Positions 1 through 14,306 of a stretch of 64,000 bases of DNA are shown here, in pieces (the stretch's first letter is position 1; each line of letters opens with the position of its first letter). Under the pieces are notes generated by a model that saw nothing but the letters and a program-made list of their open reading frames with translations, was not told the origin of the DNA and made no database searches. Source of the stretch: Eledone cirrhosa (Eukaryota); assembly GCA_964016885.1 (NCBI GenBank), contig OZ024748.1, positions 12,958,001 to 13,022,000 on the forward strand. The letters are read 5' to 3'. The position numbers and the translations under genes are program-made.

Positions 1-99
1 TTATAGCTCTGATTTATCTGAATTATTCAGCCCTCTGCCACTCATGTCGAATTTGTTCATCGTAAACTCGTGAGCCGATTTTCCGATACTCGATTATTC

Positions 100-103
<4 letters not shown>
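1..103 (-). mobile_element. Family G short element end abutting (TA)n
   Basis: Reverse complement aligns with 16191-16295 (agtagaataatcgagtatcg...aatcagagctataa); both copies abut (TA)n at the same end. Confidence 0.65.
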
Positions 104-165
<62 letters not shown>

Positions 166-308
166 CCTCCTCCTCCCATTTTGGGGACAGTGTGAAATTT
201 TCATTCGAACTGCAGGACTTACAACTTAACAGCTCCTTCTAGCACTGATGATGATTATCGCTAAATATTGATGTTGATTTAGTTATCAATATTAATATTA
301 TTGGGTTA

Positions 309-431
309 CCCACTGAAGATTTATAAGATCCCACTTGCATAAGAATCCATTGATCTTACACAAGCTTCTACATAACTTGGTATAATTTCACCCACCATGT
401 AGAAATCTTATAATGAAACGATTCGTTTGGG
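309..431 (+). ncRNA. Candidate type I hammerhead ribozyme with long branched stem II, inside a (TA)n-flanked element (165-598)
   Basis: CCCA(309-312)-CUGAAGA(313-319)-stem II ttataagat/atcttataa-GAAA(415-418)-stem III ACGA/UCGU-U427-UGGG(428-431). The first stem II pair is U-U and stem I is only 4 bp. Confidence 0.5.
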
Positions 432-439
432 AGATGAGA

Positions 440-707
<268 letters not shown>

Positions 708-723
708 GTGTATATATGTATAT

Positions 724-913
724 ATAGGAACGAGTAGGACCCCGACGGCCGAGGTCAAGCCGATTCGACGGCTAATTCTGGACGCTAATGTCCAGAATTA
801 GCTAGAGCTCGGCCGTCGGGGTCCTACTCGTTCCTATTACCCACTCTACTACCCTAAGTATTGAGTACTTTGGTGCGTTATGGTCCACCTGGTTTCTTAC
901 CACATTTCCTTCG

Positions 914-916
<3 letters not shown>
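724..916 (+). mobile_element. Family A hairpin-plus-tail element in (TA)n
   Basis: Inverted repeat 724-837 (ataggaacgagtaggaccccgacggccgag...ctcggccgtcggggtcctactcgttcctat; right arm partly deleted), then the conserved tail tacccactctactaccctaagtattgagtac...cttcgtta; (TA)n on both sides. Confidence 0.85.
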
Positions 917-1001
<85 letters not shown>

Positions 1002-1022
1002 ATATGTGTGTGTATATATAAA

Positions 1023-1116
1023 TACAGTGTGTGTCCCCAAAATGTATGCACACTCTGATTACATCTATAGGCAATATTTATGAGAATGTGCAGCTTGTGT
1101 GTATACATTTTTGGGG
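1023..1116. mobile_element. Possible Tc1/mariner-type MITE remnant
   Basis: TA-CAGTGTGT start and inverted repeat ccccaaaatgtatgcacac / gtgtgtatacatttttgggg. Confidence 0.35.
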
Positions 1117-1279
1117 TAAACGTTTATCTATAAATGTATGTATGTGTGTGTGTCTGTGTGTGTGTGTGTGTGAATACTCAATATAATAAAGTAGATTTTA
1201 AATATTAATTTATTATAGCTACGTATAGATTCTTATTACTCTGCTGTCTCATCTTCACACACACACACACGTGCGCACG

Positions 1280-1355
<76 letters not shown>

Positions 1356-1369
1356 CATATATATATGCA

Positions 1370-1535
1370 AACAGAAATAACAAGCAAACAACGCAGTACA
1401 ATGAAGAAATAATATGATAAGTTTTACGCTTGATTTAGTAGGAAAAGAATTTTAATGTTTCTGAACTAGTCCTTCATCTGAAATTAGAATCAGAATTTAA
1501 AGAAGAAATAGAAAGATATAGACCGGGTAGTGGCA
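1370..1535 (-). mobile_element. Family E element (degenerate minimal HHR)
   Basis: Aligns with 52045-52200 and 26612-26720 (acagaaataacaa...acgcttga...ggaaaag...ttaatgtttc..ctagtccttcatc). Confidence 0.55.
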
Positions 1536-1564
1536 TATACATATATGTATTTATATATATATAT

Positions 1565-1658
<94 letters not shown>

Positions 1659-2092
1659 CAATGGTCTGGTTTTACAATATATTAAATAAATACTTTCTAA
1701 CACTGCATGCCTGATTGTATGACAATCGTTGGTGGCTGCTCACAAATAAACTAATCTAGTAGGGCAATATTTCAATAAAGACACCATAGCTGGGAGGAGA
1801 TCACGATAATTGGTATCGATCTTTTACTAAATTGATCAAAAGAGCAGCGTATAGCCAAAGAAAGCTTTTGGCAATAACAGTTGGAAATATATATTTTTCC
1901 CCTTTCAGTTGGCCTCGATATTTCTCAAGATTACTTGAAAACGTGGCTTAGTTAACAATCTTTCATAACAAATGTTATTTCTATATTTTCTTACTCACAC
2001 ATACCTCTCTTTGATCTGTTTAAATATATTTTCCCCAAATATTCATTCTAATTTAACTGTATATGGAAGTTAGACCTTATTGACTCCATCTC

Positions 2093-2385
2093 TTAACCCT
2101 TAACATATTTATTATCAAACCATCTGAAACAGCCCGTGGTTCTATCAGATATGACTTCTAATCAGATATATTAAAGAGTTTATATTTATATTTATATGAA
2201 AAGGTTCCATCATAATTTTTATTTAAGAACCTTTATTAAATTATATTCCAAATACCAACTTAATAATTACAAGATTAGCTATATTGCTATATTAGTAAAT
2301 GCCTACAAATTCTTGATTATTTTAATAATTATTTGAAATATGGTAGGCAAGTGTTTCATTAGAAATGTGGTAACGGAAGGGTTAA
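2093..2385. mobile_element. piggyBac-type MITE
   Basis: TTAA-CCCTT at 2093 and AAGGG-TTAA at 2377-2385 (TTAA target, CCCT/AGGG termini); no ORF. Confidence 0.65.
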
Positions 2386-2422
2386 AGATATCAAATATTT
2401 ATTCCAAAACACACACACACAG

Positions 2423-2527
<105 letters not shown>

Positions 2528-2642
2528 CATAATGGGTTATATATATTATATCGTGAATGATGTCAATGTGTGTGTATAAATTCATAATACATACATGTAT
2601 ACATACGTACATACCATAGATACATACATAAGCATACATACA

Positions 2643-2692
<50 letters not shown>

Positions 2693-3200
2693 GATATATA
2701 CACATATATACATACACATATATACAACATACTTACATTTATACATACATACACATATATCTTATATATACAGGCATACACACACACACACACACACATA
2801 TGTATATACAACATAAATTAGATATGTATTTAGACACACATAAGTGCACGTGCTGTATGCACACAGTACGTGCACACTCTGATTTTGCAGCTAAGGCGGT
2901 GAGACGTTGAGAAGACGAGGTGGTGTGGGGTAGAGATTGGTAATCGTAGTGGGGCCAAGTGGGTGGGTGTGGTGGGTGGCTGATAGGGAGGGTTAACTAA
3001 GCGGAGGGAGTGGTTGAGCTTCGGCGGTCTCGGGATGGCTGTAATGATCAGGAAAAGTATGGGGTAGGGAAAGAGAGAAAATGATGATGTATACGTAACA
3101 TGGGTGGTGGGAGGTGGATGAGAGAGAGAGAGAGGATACGTGAGAGAGAGAGAGAGAGAGAGAGATGGGATACGAGAAAGAGAGAGAGAGAGAGGGAGAG

Positions 3201-3253
<53 letters not shown>

Positions 3254-3299
3254 CGGTAGGGAGAGAGAGGGAAAGAGAGAGCGAGAGAGAGAGTGATTC

Positions 3300-6200
3300 T
3301 GTGGTGGGTGATGTGGTGGGGGTCGTGATATAATGGTGGTGGAGATGGTATAGATGTGGTGATAGTGATGGTAGTGGTAGTGGTGGTGGTGGTGGTCGTG
3401 GTGGTGGTAGTGATGGTAGTGGTAGTGGTAGTGATGGTAGTGGTAGTGGTGGTGGTGGTGGTGGTAGTGATGGTAGTAGTGGGGGTTGTGATAGTCTTAC
3501 GAAGTGGCGGTGTTGTAGTGGTGGTGGTAGTGCTGGTAGTGGTAGTGGTGGTGGTGGTGGTAGTGATGGTAGTGGTAGTGGTGGTGGTGGTGGTGGTGGT
3601 AGTGATGGTAGTGGTAGTGGTGGTGGTGGTGGTGGTGGTAGTGATGGTAGTGGTGGGGCTTGTGATCGTCTTACGAAGTGGCGGTGTTGTAGTGGTGGTG
3701 GTAGTGATGGTAGTGGTAGTGGTGGTGGTGGTGGTGGTAGTGATGGTAGTGGTAGTGGTGGTGGTGGTGGTGGTAGTGATGGTAGTGGTAGTGGTGGTGG
3801 TGGTGGTAGTGATGGTAGTGGTGGGGGTTGTGATAGTCTTACGAAGTGGCGGTGTTGTAGTGGTGGTGGTGGTAGTGATGGTAGTGGTAGTGGTGGTGGT
3901 GGTGGTAGAGATGGTAGTGGCAGTGGTGGTGGTGGTAGAGATGGTAGTCGTGGGGTTGTGATAGTCTTGCGAAGTGGCGGTGTTGTAGTGGTGGTGTAGT
4001 GGTGGCGGTGACAGTTGTGAAATGGTGGTGGTAATTGTTATGATGGTAGAGATGGTAGTGGTAGTAGTGGTAGTAGTGATGGTAGTGGCAGTGGTTGTGG
4101 TGGTGATGATGGTAGCGGTGTGATGCTAGTGGTAGTGGTGCTGGTAGTGGTGGTGGTGGTGGTTCTGGGGCTAGTGGTGGTGTGGAAATGTAATGGTATA
4201 GTGTAGCGGTGTGGTGGTGGTGTAGTGGTAGTCTTACGAAATGGTGGTTGTGAAACTGTGATGGTAAATGTTGTGATGGTAGAGATGGTAGTATTGGTAG
4301 TGGTGGCGCTTGTATAGTGACGGTGGTGTTAGTATATAGTGGTGGTAGTGGTGGTGGTGGTGTGGTGGTGCTTGTGTGAAATTGTAGTGGTAGTGTGTAG
4401 TGTAGAGGTGGTGGGGCTGCTTATGTGGTAGTGATGCTAGTGGTGATGGTGGTGTAGGGTAGTGTGGTGGTGTGGTGTTGGGGGATGGTAGTGGTGTTAG
4501 TGGTGGTGTAGGTGTAGGTGTGTAGTGTGGTGGACCTTGTATGGTGATGGCGGTGTAGTTGTGTAGTGTGGTGGTGTAGTGTTGAGGATGGTAGTAATGG
4601 ACCTTGTATGATGTTGATGTTGTAGTTGTGTAGTGTGGTGGCGTGGTGTTGGTGGTGGTGTGGTGTTGGGGATGGTAGTAGTGTGGTGGTGTGGTGTTGG
4701 TGGTGGTGGTGTAGTTGTGTAGTGTGGTGGTGTGGTGTTGGTGGTGGTGTAGTTGTGTAGTGTGGTGGTGTGGTGTTGGTGTAGTTGTGTAGTGTGGTGG
4801 TGTGGTGTTGGTGGTGGTGGTGTAGTTGTGTAGTGTAGTGTGGTGGTGTGGAGTTGGTGGTGGTGGTGTAGTTGTGTAGTGTGGTGGTGTGGGGTTGGTG
4901 GTGGTGTAGTTGTGTAGTGTGGTGGTGTGGTGGTGTTGGTGGTGTAGTTGTGTAGTGTGGTGGTGTGGTGGTGGTGGTGTAGTTGTGTAGTGTGGTAGTG
5001 TGGTGGTGGTGGTGTAGTTGTGTAGTGTGGTGGTGTGGTGATGGTGGTGTAGTTGTGTAGTGTAGTGTGGTGGTGTGGTGGTGGTGTAGTTGTGTAGTGT
5101 GGTGGTGTGGTGTTGGTGGTGGTGTAGTTGTGTAGTGTCGTGGTGTGGTGATGGTGGTGTAGTTGTGTAGTGTAGTGTGGTGGTGTGGTGGTGGTGGTGG
5201 TGTAGTTGTGTAGTGTGGTGGTGTGGTGTTGGTGGTGGTGGTGGTGGTGTAGTTGTGTAGTGTGGTGGTGTGGTGTTGGTGATGGTGGTGTAGTTGTGTA
5301 GTGTAGTGTGGTGGTGTGGTGGTGGTGGTGGTATAGTTGTGTATTGTGGTGGTGTGGTGGTGTGGTGGTGGTGTAGTTGTGTAGTGTAGTGTGGTGGTGT
5401 GGTGGTGGTGGTGTTGGTGGTGGTGTAGTTGTGTATTGTGGTGGTGTGGTGGTGGTGTAGTTGTGTAGTGTAGTGTGGTGGTGTGGTGGTGTGGTGGTGG
5501 TGGTGTAGTTGTGTAGTGTGGTGGTGTGGTGGTGGTGGTGGTGTAGTTGTGTAGTGTGGTGGTGTGGTGTTGGTGGTGGTATAGTTGTGTAGTGTGGTGG
5601 TGTGGTGTTGGTGATGGTGGTGTAGTTGTGTAGTGTGGTGGTGTGGTGGTGGTGGTGGTGGTGGTGTAGTTGTGTAGTGTGGTGGTGTGGTGGTGGTGTA
5701 GTTGTGCAGTGTAGTGTGGTGGTGTGGTGGTGGTGTAGTTGTGTAGTGTGGTGGTGTGGTGGTGGTGGTGTAGTTGTGTAGTGTGGTGGTGTGGTGGTGG
5801 TGGTGGTGTAGTTGTGTAGTGTGGTGGTGTGGTGGTGGTGGTGGTATAGTTGTGTATTGTGGTGATGTGGTGGCGTGGTGGTGGTGTAGTTGTGTAGTGT
5901 AGTGTGGTGGTGGTGGTGTGGTGGTGGTGGTGTGGTGGTGGTGGTGTAGTTGTGTAGTGTGGTGGTGTGGTGGTGGTGGTGTAGTTGTGTAGTGTGGTGG
6001 TGTGGTGGTGGTGGTGTAGTTGTGTAGTGTGGTGGTGTGGTGGTGGTGTCGTTAAAGAAGCAGGAAATTTTGCCCAACTAATTAGCTTCGCTCTTGAATT
6101 ACTACCGTTTCAAACGGAACAATATGAGTTGAATGAACGGGAAACCAGCCAAGACCGTCCCAGGATGGGCGGCATTGCTCCTGCTTAATGTGGTGGAGGT

Positions 6201-6660
6201 GGTGGTGATGCTGTTGTTATTGTTGTTGTTGTTGGTGTAAGGGATGTGGTGGTGCAAGGGTTGTGGTGGTGGTGGCGATGTTGCAGTTGTCGTTGTTGTT
6301 GTTGTTGTTGGAGATGGTGACAGTGGCGGCATTGCTTCTCCTGTGGTGGAGGTGATGGTGTTGGGAGTGGTGGTGTTGTAGTCGTTGTTGTTGTTGGTGT
6401 TGTGTGTTAGTGGTGGTGTTGGGTGTTGTGGTAGTCTTGGTGATAGTGGTGGTGGCAATGTAGTTGTCGTTGTTGTTGTTGTTGTTGTTGTTGGTGGTGA
6501 TGTTGGTGCGAGTGAGGTGGGAGTGATAGTGGTGGTGGTGGTGGTGGTGAGGATAGAGGGTGGTGGTGGTAGTGTTGGTGGTGAGGATGGAGCGCTGTTG
6601 AAGAAATTTTGGTGATTGTGGTCATGACCGTTTCGGTGGTGGTGGTGGTGGTGGTGAATA
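3300..6660. repeat. GGT/GTA/GT-rich compound micro/minisatellite
   Basis: (GGT)n with recurring gtagtgatg and gatagtcttacgaagtggcggtgttgta units; 4620-6050 is built from the variable-length unit gtagttgtgtagtgtggtggtgt(ggt)n. Confidence 0.9.
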
Positions 6661-6929
6661 CGTTAGGGGAGCTGGTTTGGTAAATGTGTTGTTCTTTTTG
6701 TTGTTTGTGATAGAGATAGAAGCGGAGGTGGTGGTGGTGGTGGTGTGTGTGTGGGGGGGGGGAGGGTTAGTGATGATGATTGTTGAGATCATTTTGGTTA
6801 GTAGTGAATGTAGTGTTGGGGGTGACAGTGGTTATGGAGGCTTTCCAGGTGAAACTCTTAACAGAACAGTGGTTTCACTACTACCGGTCACCATATTCCA
6901 ATTTATCAATATTATTATTATTATTAATG

Positions 6930-7365
6930 TAGGGCGGTGGATTGGCAATATCGGTAGAGCGTCGGACGCCATGCTTTGCAGCATAGAGTTACGGCCCCTT
7001 GATCTGAGTTCAAATCCCACCGAGGTTAACTTTGCCTTTCATCCTTACGGGGTCGATAAAATAAAATACCAGTAACGAACTGGGGTCGATTTAATCGACT
7101 TTCCCCTCCCTCTAAATTACTGGCCTTGTGCCTATAATAGAAATCATTATTATTATTATTATTATTATTGTAGGGCGGTGGATTGGCAGTATCGGTAGAG
7201 CGTCGGACAACATGCTTTGCTGTATAGATTTATGGTCCTTTACGGTTTGAGTTCAAATTCCGCCGATGTTAACTTTGCCTTTCATCCTTACAGGGTCGAT
7301 AAAATAAGTACCAGTAATGAACTGGGTAATTGCTGGCCTTGTGCCTAAAGTAGAAACAATTATTA
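6930..7365 (+). mobile_element. Two tandem tRNA-derived SINEs (Meta/MESC-like core) with (ATT)n tails
   Basis: A box TGGCAGTATCGG, B box GAGTTCAAAT, core ctttgcctttcatccttacggggtcgataaaata..taccag, tail gctggccttgtgcc..tagaaa(att)n. Confidence 0.9.
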
Positions 7366-7639
7366 TTATTATTATCGTAGTAATATAGTTGTTATTGTAG
7401 TAGTAGTAGTAGTAGTAGTAGTTGTTGTTTGGTGTAGTAGAAACAAGAAAGACTATTGCAATTAAGTTGTTAGTATTTAGCTCTCATTAAGTAACTCTAT
7501 AACTAAAGCCGTTCCATCCATGGATATCCAGTTTGTTTATCGACACAATGTATACATAATCTCCTTACCCACCGGCTACCTGTTTTGTATGGCAGTAGAA
7601 TGTGATTTTATGGAGATTTAATTTTCAAATTTTTAGAAT

Positions 7640-7965
7640 GTCATGGTGAAAGGCAAAGCTCATTTCGGCAGGATTTCAACTCATAACGTAAAGGGTGGTA
7701 ACATAGTGCCTGACACTCTATCGGTACTGCAAATCCACTTCCCTTTGTTTCTGATTTTGGCACAAGGCCAACAATTTTGGTGGGAGGGAAAGTCATTTAA
7801 ATCGACCGTAGTGTATTACTAGTACTTTATTTTATCGATATCATAGGGATGAAAGGCAAAGTTGACCTCGGCAGGAAATGAACTCAGACTGCAAAGGGCC
7901 GTAACTCTATGCTGGAAAGCATGGCGTCCGACCTTCTACCGATACTGCCAATCGACCGCCATTCG
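7640..7965 (-). mobile_element. SINE 5' fragment plus full SINE copy (same family)
   Basis: Reverse complement of the same head, core and tail (ggcacaaggcc...gatgaaaggcaaagttgacctcggc...ccgatactgccaat). Confidence 0.85.
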
Positions 7966-8295
7966 GGTATATAATAATAATAATAACTCAACAACAAAAC
8001 TAATATCAACAAAAGACGAAAAATACCAACAACAACTGCAACAAGGACAACAATAACATATTTATTATATATAATAACAATACAATTACAATCAACGTAA
8101 GAAATATACAAAGACTATCAACAAGGAATCTTATAAACAAGAAACCTACTGCATTGTCTTTGGCTGAAGAAATTTGTAAATAGGGAGGAAAATTACATAG
8201 ACGTTAGTTGTACAATTAATGTTGTATCTTGAATATAATAGTTACGGCGGTTTGTTTATAACTCACAAAGAAAAGGCTTATATATACATGGATTG

Positions 8296-8326
<31 letters not shown>

Positions 8327-9385
8327 TGTATGTATGTATGTATGTATGTATGTATGTATGTATGTATGTATGTATGTATGTATGTACGTATGTGTGTGTA
8401 TGTATGTATATATGTATGTATGCATGTATGTACGTATGTAAAAATGTATGTATGTATGTATGTATGTATGCATGTATGTACGTATGTAAAAATGTATGTA
8501 TGTATATATGTATGTATGTATGTACGTATGTAAAAATGTATGTATGTATATATGTATGTATGCATGTATGTACGTATGTAAACATGTATGTATGCGTGCG
8601 TGTATGTATGCATGTAAGTTTGTACGTACCTATTGATATCTATGTGTATGTATGAATGTGTATATATATATATATGAATGTGTATATATGAATGAACGTA
8701 TGCATGTGTATATGTATATGTGTATGTATGAAGGTGTATATATATGAATGTGTATATATGAATGAGCGTATGCATGTGTATATGTATATGCGTATGTATG
8801 TGTATATATATATATATATGTATGTATTTGTGTATGTATGTATATACATACATAAGTATGTACGTATATATGCATCTATGTAAGTATTATGTATGTATTT
8901 ATCTAAATATGTATGTATGTATATATGTATATGTGTGTATGTATATGTATATATATATATATGTGTATGTATTTGTGTATGTATGTATATACATACATAA
9001 GCACGTACGTATATATGCATCTATGTAAGTATTATGTATGTATGTCTGTATATAGCTATGTATGTAACTATATATGTATATATACGAGTTTATCTGTGTC
9101 TTTCTAAGGAAGCATCGGTATATATTTTTCTCTATATATTCCTATCAATGATTTTCAAATATTCATTAGAAAAACAGTGCACAACATTCAATACACACCT
9201 AACTATAAGATCTTTTATAAACAATAATTATATACACTTTCAATATAATACTAATATAACCTGAAAGTTCTAGTCTTATTATTAATATTATTTTTGGCTT
9301 GTCACTATATAAGTCATATGTAACTTCTCCAAACCTATTAATTGTTATTGTTCATATAAACCTATACATTATATATATACATTAT

Positions 9386-9470
<85 letters not shown>

Positions 9471-9707
9471 TACGTGTATATATATATATATATATATATG
9501 TGTATATCTATATATTTATATATGTATATATATATATGTATATGTACATATATATGTATATATATATACGTATATATATATATGTATGTATATATATATA
9601 TATATATTCATATAACTAGCCAATAGACAAAAAATATATCAATAGTAACTCAACCGTTTGTCTTCTGCCAATCTTTCTCATTTACATATTTTTTGGTCCC
9701 CCCCCTC

Positions 9708-9761
<54 letters not shown>

Positions 9762-10276
9762 CGCGTGTGTACGTGCCTATGTGTATGTCTGTTGGTATGT
9801 ATACGTATGTATGATTGCGTGTTAATGTGTGTGTGTTTGCGTGCGTGCAAACTGAACAAAACGCCAATTAGAAGTTTATTACTTTCTTTATTCATTTATT
9901 TATGATTTTCTAATGTTTCTGAGTCAACGCAACTTTCACTTTCAAATAATATATATACTCATATATACAAATGACTGAATGGATTGTTGTTGTATTGAAC
10001 GATGTGCATTCAGTCGTTGAAACAACGTAACTGCCCCCTTATAGAACAATATTATAAGAAGCTGAGTTTTGTTGGTAAAATTATAAACCTTACCTATACG
10101 AGAATGGAAAATAGAATCTTTAAAACAACGAATACTTCAGAGACGCTATATATTATATATATTTTAGATAAATGATCATTAGCATATTTAGTCCAGACTA
10201 AACTTCTCTTAGGCTAAACAGTATTACGGAAACTGTTAATTAAAGGTTTACTCTTTTACCTGTTCCAGCCATCCGG

Positions 10277-10390
10277 GTTACAGTACCGAGGTTTCCCAAG
10301 CGGTCACCCATCTAATTACTAACTAGGTTCGACGTTGCTTAACTCCGGTGATGGGACGAGAACCGATGTTTTCAGCGTGATATGGCGTAC
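10277..10390 (-). pseudogene. 5S rRNA pseudogene
   Basis: Minus strand gtacgccatatcacgctgaaaacatcggttctcgtcccatcaccggagttaagcaacgtcgaacctagttagtaattagatgggtgaccgcttgggaaacctcggtactgtaac matches invertebrate 5S rRNA (box A agttaagc, box C gatgggtgaccg) with scattered substitutions; single dispersed copy. Confidence 0.9.
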
Positions 10391-10580
10391 ATGAAATAAT
10401 ATGCATATAAAATATCTATATTTAAACTAACATATATTTAAAATATATCCTGATAATATATTCTTCTTCCCGTTCTCCTTTCTTCTTTCTCTTTTGTTTG
10501 TCTACAGAAAACTTCAAAACGTACCACAGCTGGGGCTTTTCTCACTGTACTACCACTTGTTTTACAATATTTACCTAAAC

Positions 10581-10630
10581 TAGTGAAGGCGCGTGGCTGG
10601 GTGGTTAGAGAATTGGATTCGCAATCAAGC
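10581..10630 (+). mobile_element. tRNA-SINE head fragment (CORE-like family)
   Basis: agtgaaggcgcgtggctgggtggttagagaattggattcgcaatc resembles the head at 57325-57450. Confidence 0.55.
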
Positions 10631-10631
10631 A

Positions 10632-11210
10632 ATATCTCTTTCTTAGAGCTATTTTGTTGTAAGAGACTATTTTGAGTTCCTAACTCAATATATACATTTA
10701 ATATATTCGGCTCCGTTAATTTGTTGAGCTATTTCAAATGTCGAGTAAACCTGGCTGCTATTTTTAGTGATGTGGGTTTGTGAGACTCGCTAGGATGACA
10801 TCTGCGCTGTTTTATATTTTATATATAGCATACATACATGTGTCTAGGATACTAATTCATCACCCACTGATGAGCTTGGAATAGTATTTCTATTCACAAT
10901 TAACTTTGCGAAACAACAAGTTGTCTGGGTGATTGGTAGTTACCACATTTCCGGTTTGTATTTATTTTATTAATTTTTTCTTAAATTGAGACAAGCGAAC
11001 CCAATTGTCTATAGTTAGCATTCTTTTCACCTTAGCGAATCAGGTCCCTTACGATTTGAACACATATATCCATATATCTGTGTTCGTTTTTCTTTTCTTT
11101 TATATTATAATATACGGCTCGGAAATATCTCTTTCTTATTTGTTATCTATTTCTATTTTTGTTGCAAGAGACTATTTTGAGTTCCTAACTCAATATATAC
11201 ATTTAATATA
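10632..11210 (+). mobile_element. Retrozyme/PLE-like non-coding element with terminal direct repeat and internal HHR
   Basis: Direct repeat aagagactattttgagttcctaactcaatatatacatttaatatat at 10661 and 11166 (period 505); HHR between the repeats; ends in a TA/CA microsatellite. Confidence 0.7.
10859..10933 (+). ncRNA. Type I hammerhead ribozyme
   Basis: Stem I AUCACCCA(10859-66)/UGGGUGAU(10926-33); CUGAUGA 10867-73; stem II GC/GC enclosing hairpin gaatag/ctattc; GAAA 10910-13; stem III ACAAC-AA-GUUGU; GUC with predicted cleavage after C10925. Confidence 0.85.
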
Positions 11211-11288
11211 TATATACTACACAGACACCCATATATATATGTGTTTGTGTGTGTGTATGTATATATATATACACACATATATATATAC

Positions 11289-11328
<40 letters not shown>

Positions 11329-11700
11329 GTGTGTGAGTGTGTGGTGAGGGAAAGAAAATATATTTGAATTTATATGTCTATATCTATATTTGTGTGTATG
11401 TATGTGTTGGTCAATGTGTGAGTGTGTGTGTGTGTACATGTACCCAACATTATATCATATTAAAACACTTCACTCTAAGTATATAGGAATATACAATATA
11501 TAATGTACAAGAGATACCCCTTATAATAACACTGCCCTACAAACTCACACATACACATTGTGAAAAACGCACATATATTTCTATGCTCATATGTATGCGT
11601 GTGTGGGCAAGCATTTGTTCCTCAAAATACTGATGTTTCTGTCTCTCTATCTATATGTATATAGTGTATGTATATACATATATACATACACACACACACA

Positions 11701-11748
<48 letters not shown>

Positions 11749-11945
11749 TATATATATATACGTGTGTGCGTGTGCGCGCATATGTTCTTCGAAATATCGA
11801 TGACTCTCTATATGTATATAATATGTATATATATATCTACATACCTATCTATATACCTATCTATATTATGTATATCCATATCTATGTCTATATCTATATG
11901 TATATCTATCTATCTATGTATCTATCTATATATCTATATATATAA

Positions 11946-12116
<171 letters not shown>

Positions 12117-12573
12117 TGTGTGTGTGTCTGTTTGTATGTGTCCTTGTGAATGCGGTGTGCGTGACTGTGTGTAAGCGTGCATTCTTTAATTCTACAAACA
12201 TACATACATATGCCCTTATATAGAACGGGACACATTGCATTGCAGAACATATATATAAACACATGCATACAAATACCCATACAGAGAAGCAGAATTGGTC
12301 GGCAGCGTTAAGCAGAAAGATTCATACCATTACCTTTGTATAAGTTTATGAAGAATATTCAATAATCTTTGAGCCGAAAGACTAAAATCAAGAAGTGTTA
12401 ACAACCGTAAGCAGTTTAATTATTCCTATTATAAACTAAAATGAAGTGAAATATAAAACCTAAGAGAACATAGTAGAATCTGCGAAGTCTTACTTTCACA
12501 TCTCAGATTGACAAATACCTTACCTTACATAGAACAAAATGGAGGCGCGTGTACTATAATTATATTTCATATT

Positions 12574-12639
<66 letters not shown>

Positions 12640-12823
12640 GTGTGTATATATATGTATATATGTATATATATGTATGTATATATATGTATATATGTATATA
12701 TATGTATATATATATATATGTATGTATATATATATATATATGTATATATGTATATATATATGTATATATATATATGTATATATATGTATATATATATATA
12801 GATACATACACACAAACACACGT

Positions 12824-12982
<159 letters not shown>

Positions 12983-13369
12983 CATATATACATATATATA
13001 TATATGAAAATATGGCATCTTAAAGTTCATTTCGAAGTGATGCAATTTGTAGAGATATTCAAGTTACATTAAGACAGGTTTTAAACTAGAAATTTTGTAA
13101 ATATATTTGTGCAGTTTAATTATACATATATTTCGATGCAGTGTATAAAGTAGGAAAAATGGAAACATCTATTTCGATTTGTATGAAATTTCTCACGGAA
13201 CATTTTAGAAATCAGCAAGACTTCCTTCTTCAACATTCAATTATAATCTTTTCTTTCGCCTTGCCTTTTATGTCTCAACCAATCTAAACACTGACACTAT
13301 CAGCAACAGACATACGCACACAGAAATATACGCAAGGACAAACATACATATATAAACACATGCACATAA

Positions 13370-13630
13370 ACACATATATCTTCCCGAATACACACCTACA
13401 TATAATTCTACAAACACGCACTCTCGTCACATACGCTTATACACTTAAACATACATCCGTGTACACACATGCATCTGCACACACATGTACACAAACACAC
13501 ATATCTTCCCGAATACACGCCTACATATAATTCTACAAACACGCACTCTCGACACATACGCTTATACACTTAAACATACATCCGTGTACACACATGCATC
13601 TGCACACCAATGTACACAAACACACATATT
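13370..13630. repeat. 125-bp tandem duplication
   Basis: ttcccgaatacac... at 13381 and 13506, nearly identical. Confidence 0.85.
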
Positions 13631-14216
13631 CGCAAACATAAAAAGGTGCACGTAATGTTTGGTAAGATTTCTGAAAATTAAAAGCTCACAACTTCCAAAC
13701 TTTTCAAAATTTCTCGCTACTTTTGAAAGCAAATCTATTATATTTCTTAAAGTTGACGATAGATGGATTAGCTTTCCTGAAAGTATAGGAAGAACATTTT
13801 CCCCTACTATTCTCTTCTCCTCTTTTCTCCTTCCTTCAATGAAACCCCAACCACTAGCACAACCACAACCACTTTCCAGTTAAGATAGGGGAAGAGCCTT
13901 TTATTTCTATTCTTATTCCCTTTCTTATCTTACTTCAAACAACACCACTAATAATATCGCTATAACTACATACAAGGTAAAATATGGTGAAATACTTCTC
14001 TCTGTCCTCCATCAATACTCCACCACCAACAACACCAACAACACCAACACCACCAACAATGCAACCACACCTCTCCAACCATCATAACTTATACTTACTT
14101 ATTTTCGCATAACTATATCGAGATTTGTAGTAATGCGTAGATGAATAGGAACTTATTAATACTTACAACTATAAGTACTATATTCAAACACACCCACCCA
14201 CTCTCTTTCTCTCTCG

Positions 14217-14306
<90 letters not shown>

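Noticed and set aside
4497-6077. 526-aa His/Thr/Pro ORF or telomere-like TG tract
   Set aside because: Variable-length units cycle through all frames; the tract is not TTAGGG.
6930-7030. tRNA gene
   Set aside because: A and B boxes are present but there is no cloverleaf, and the sequence continues into a SINE core and tail.
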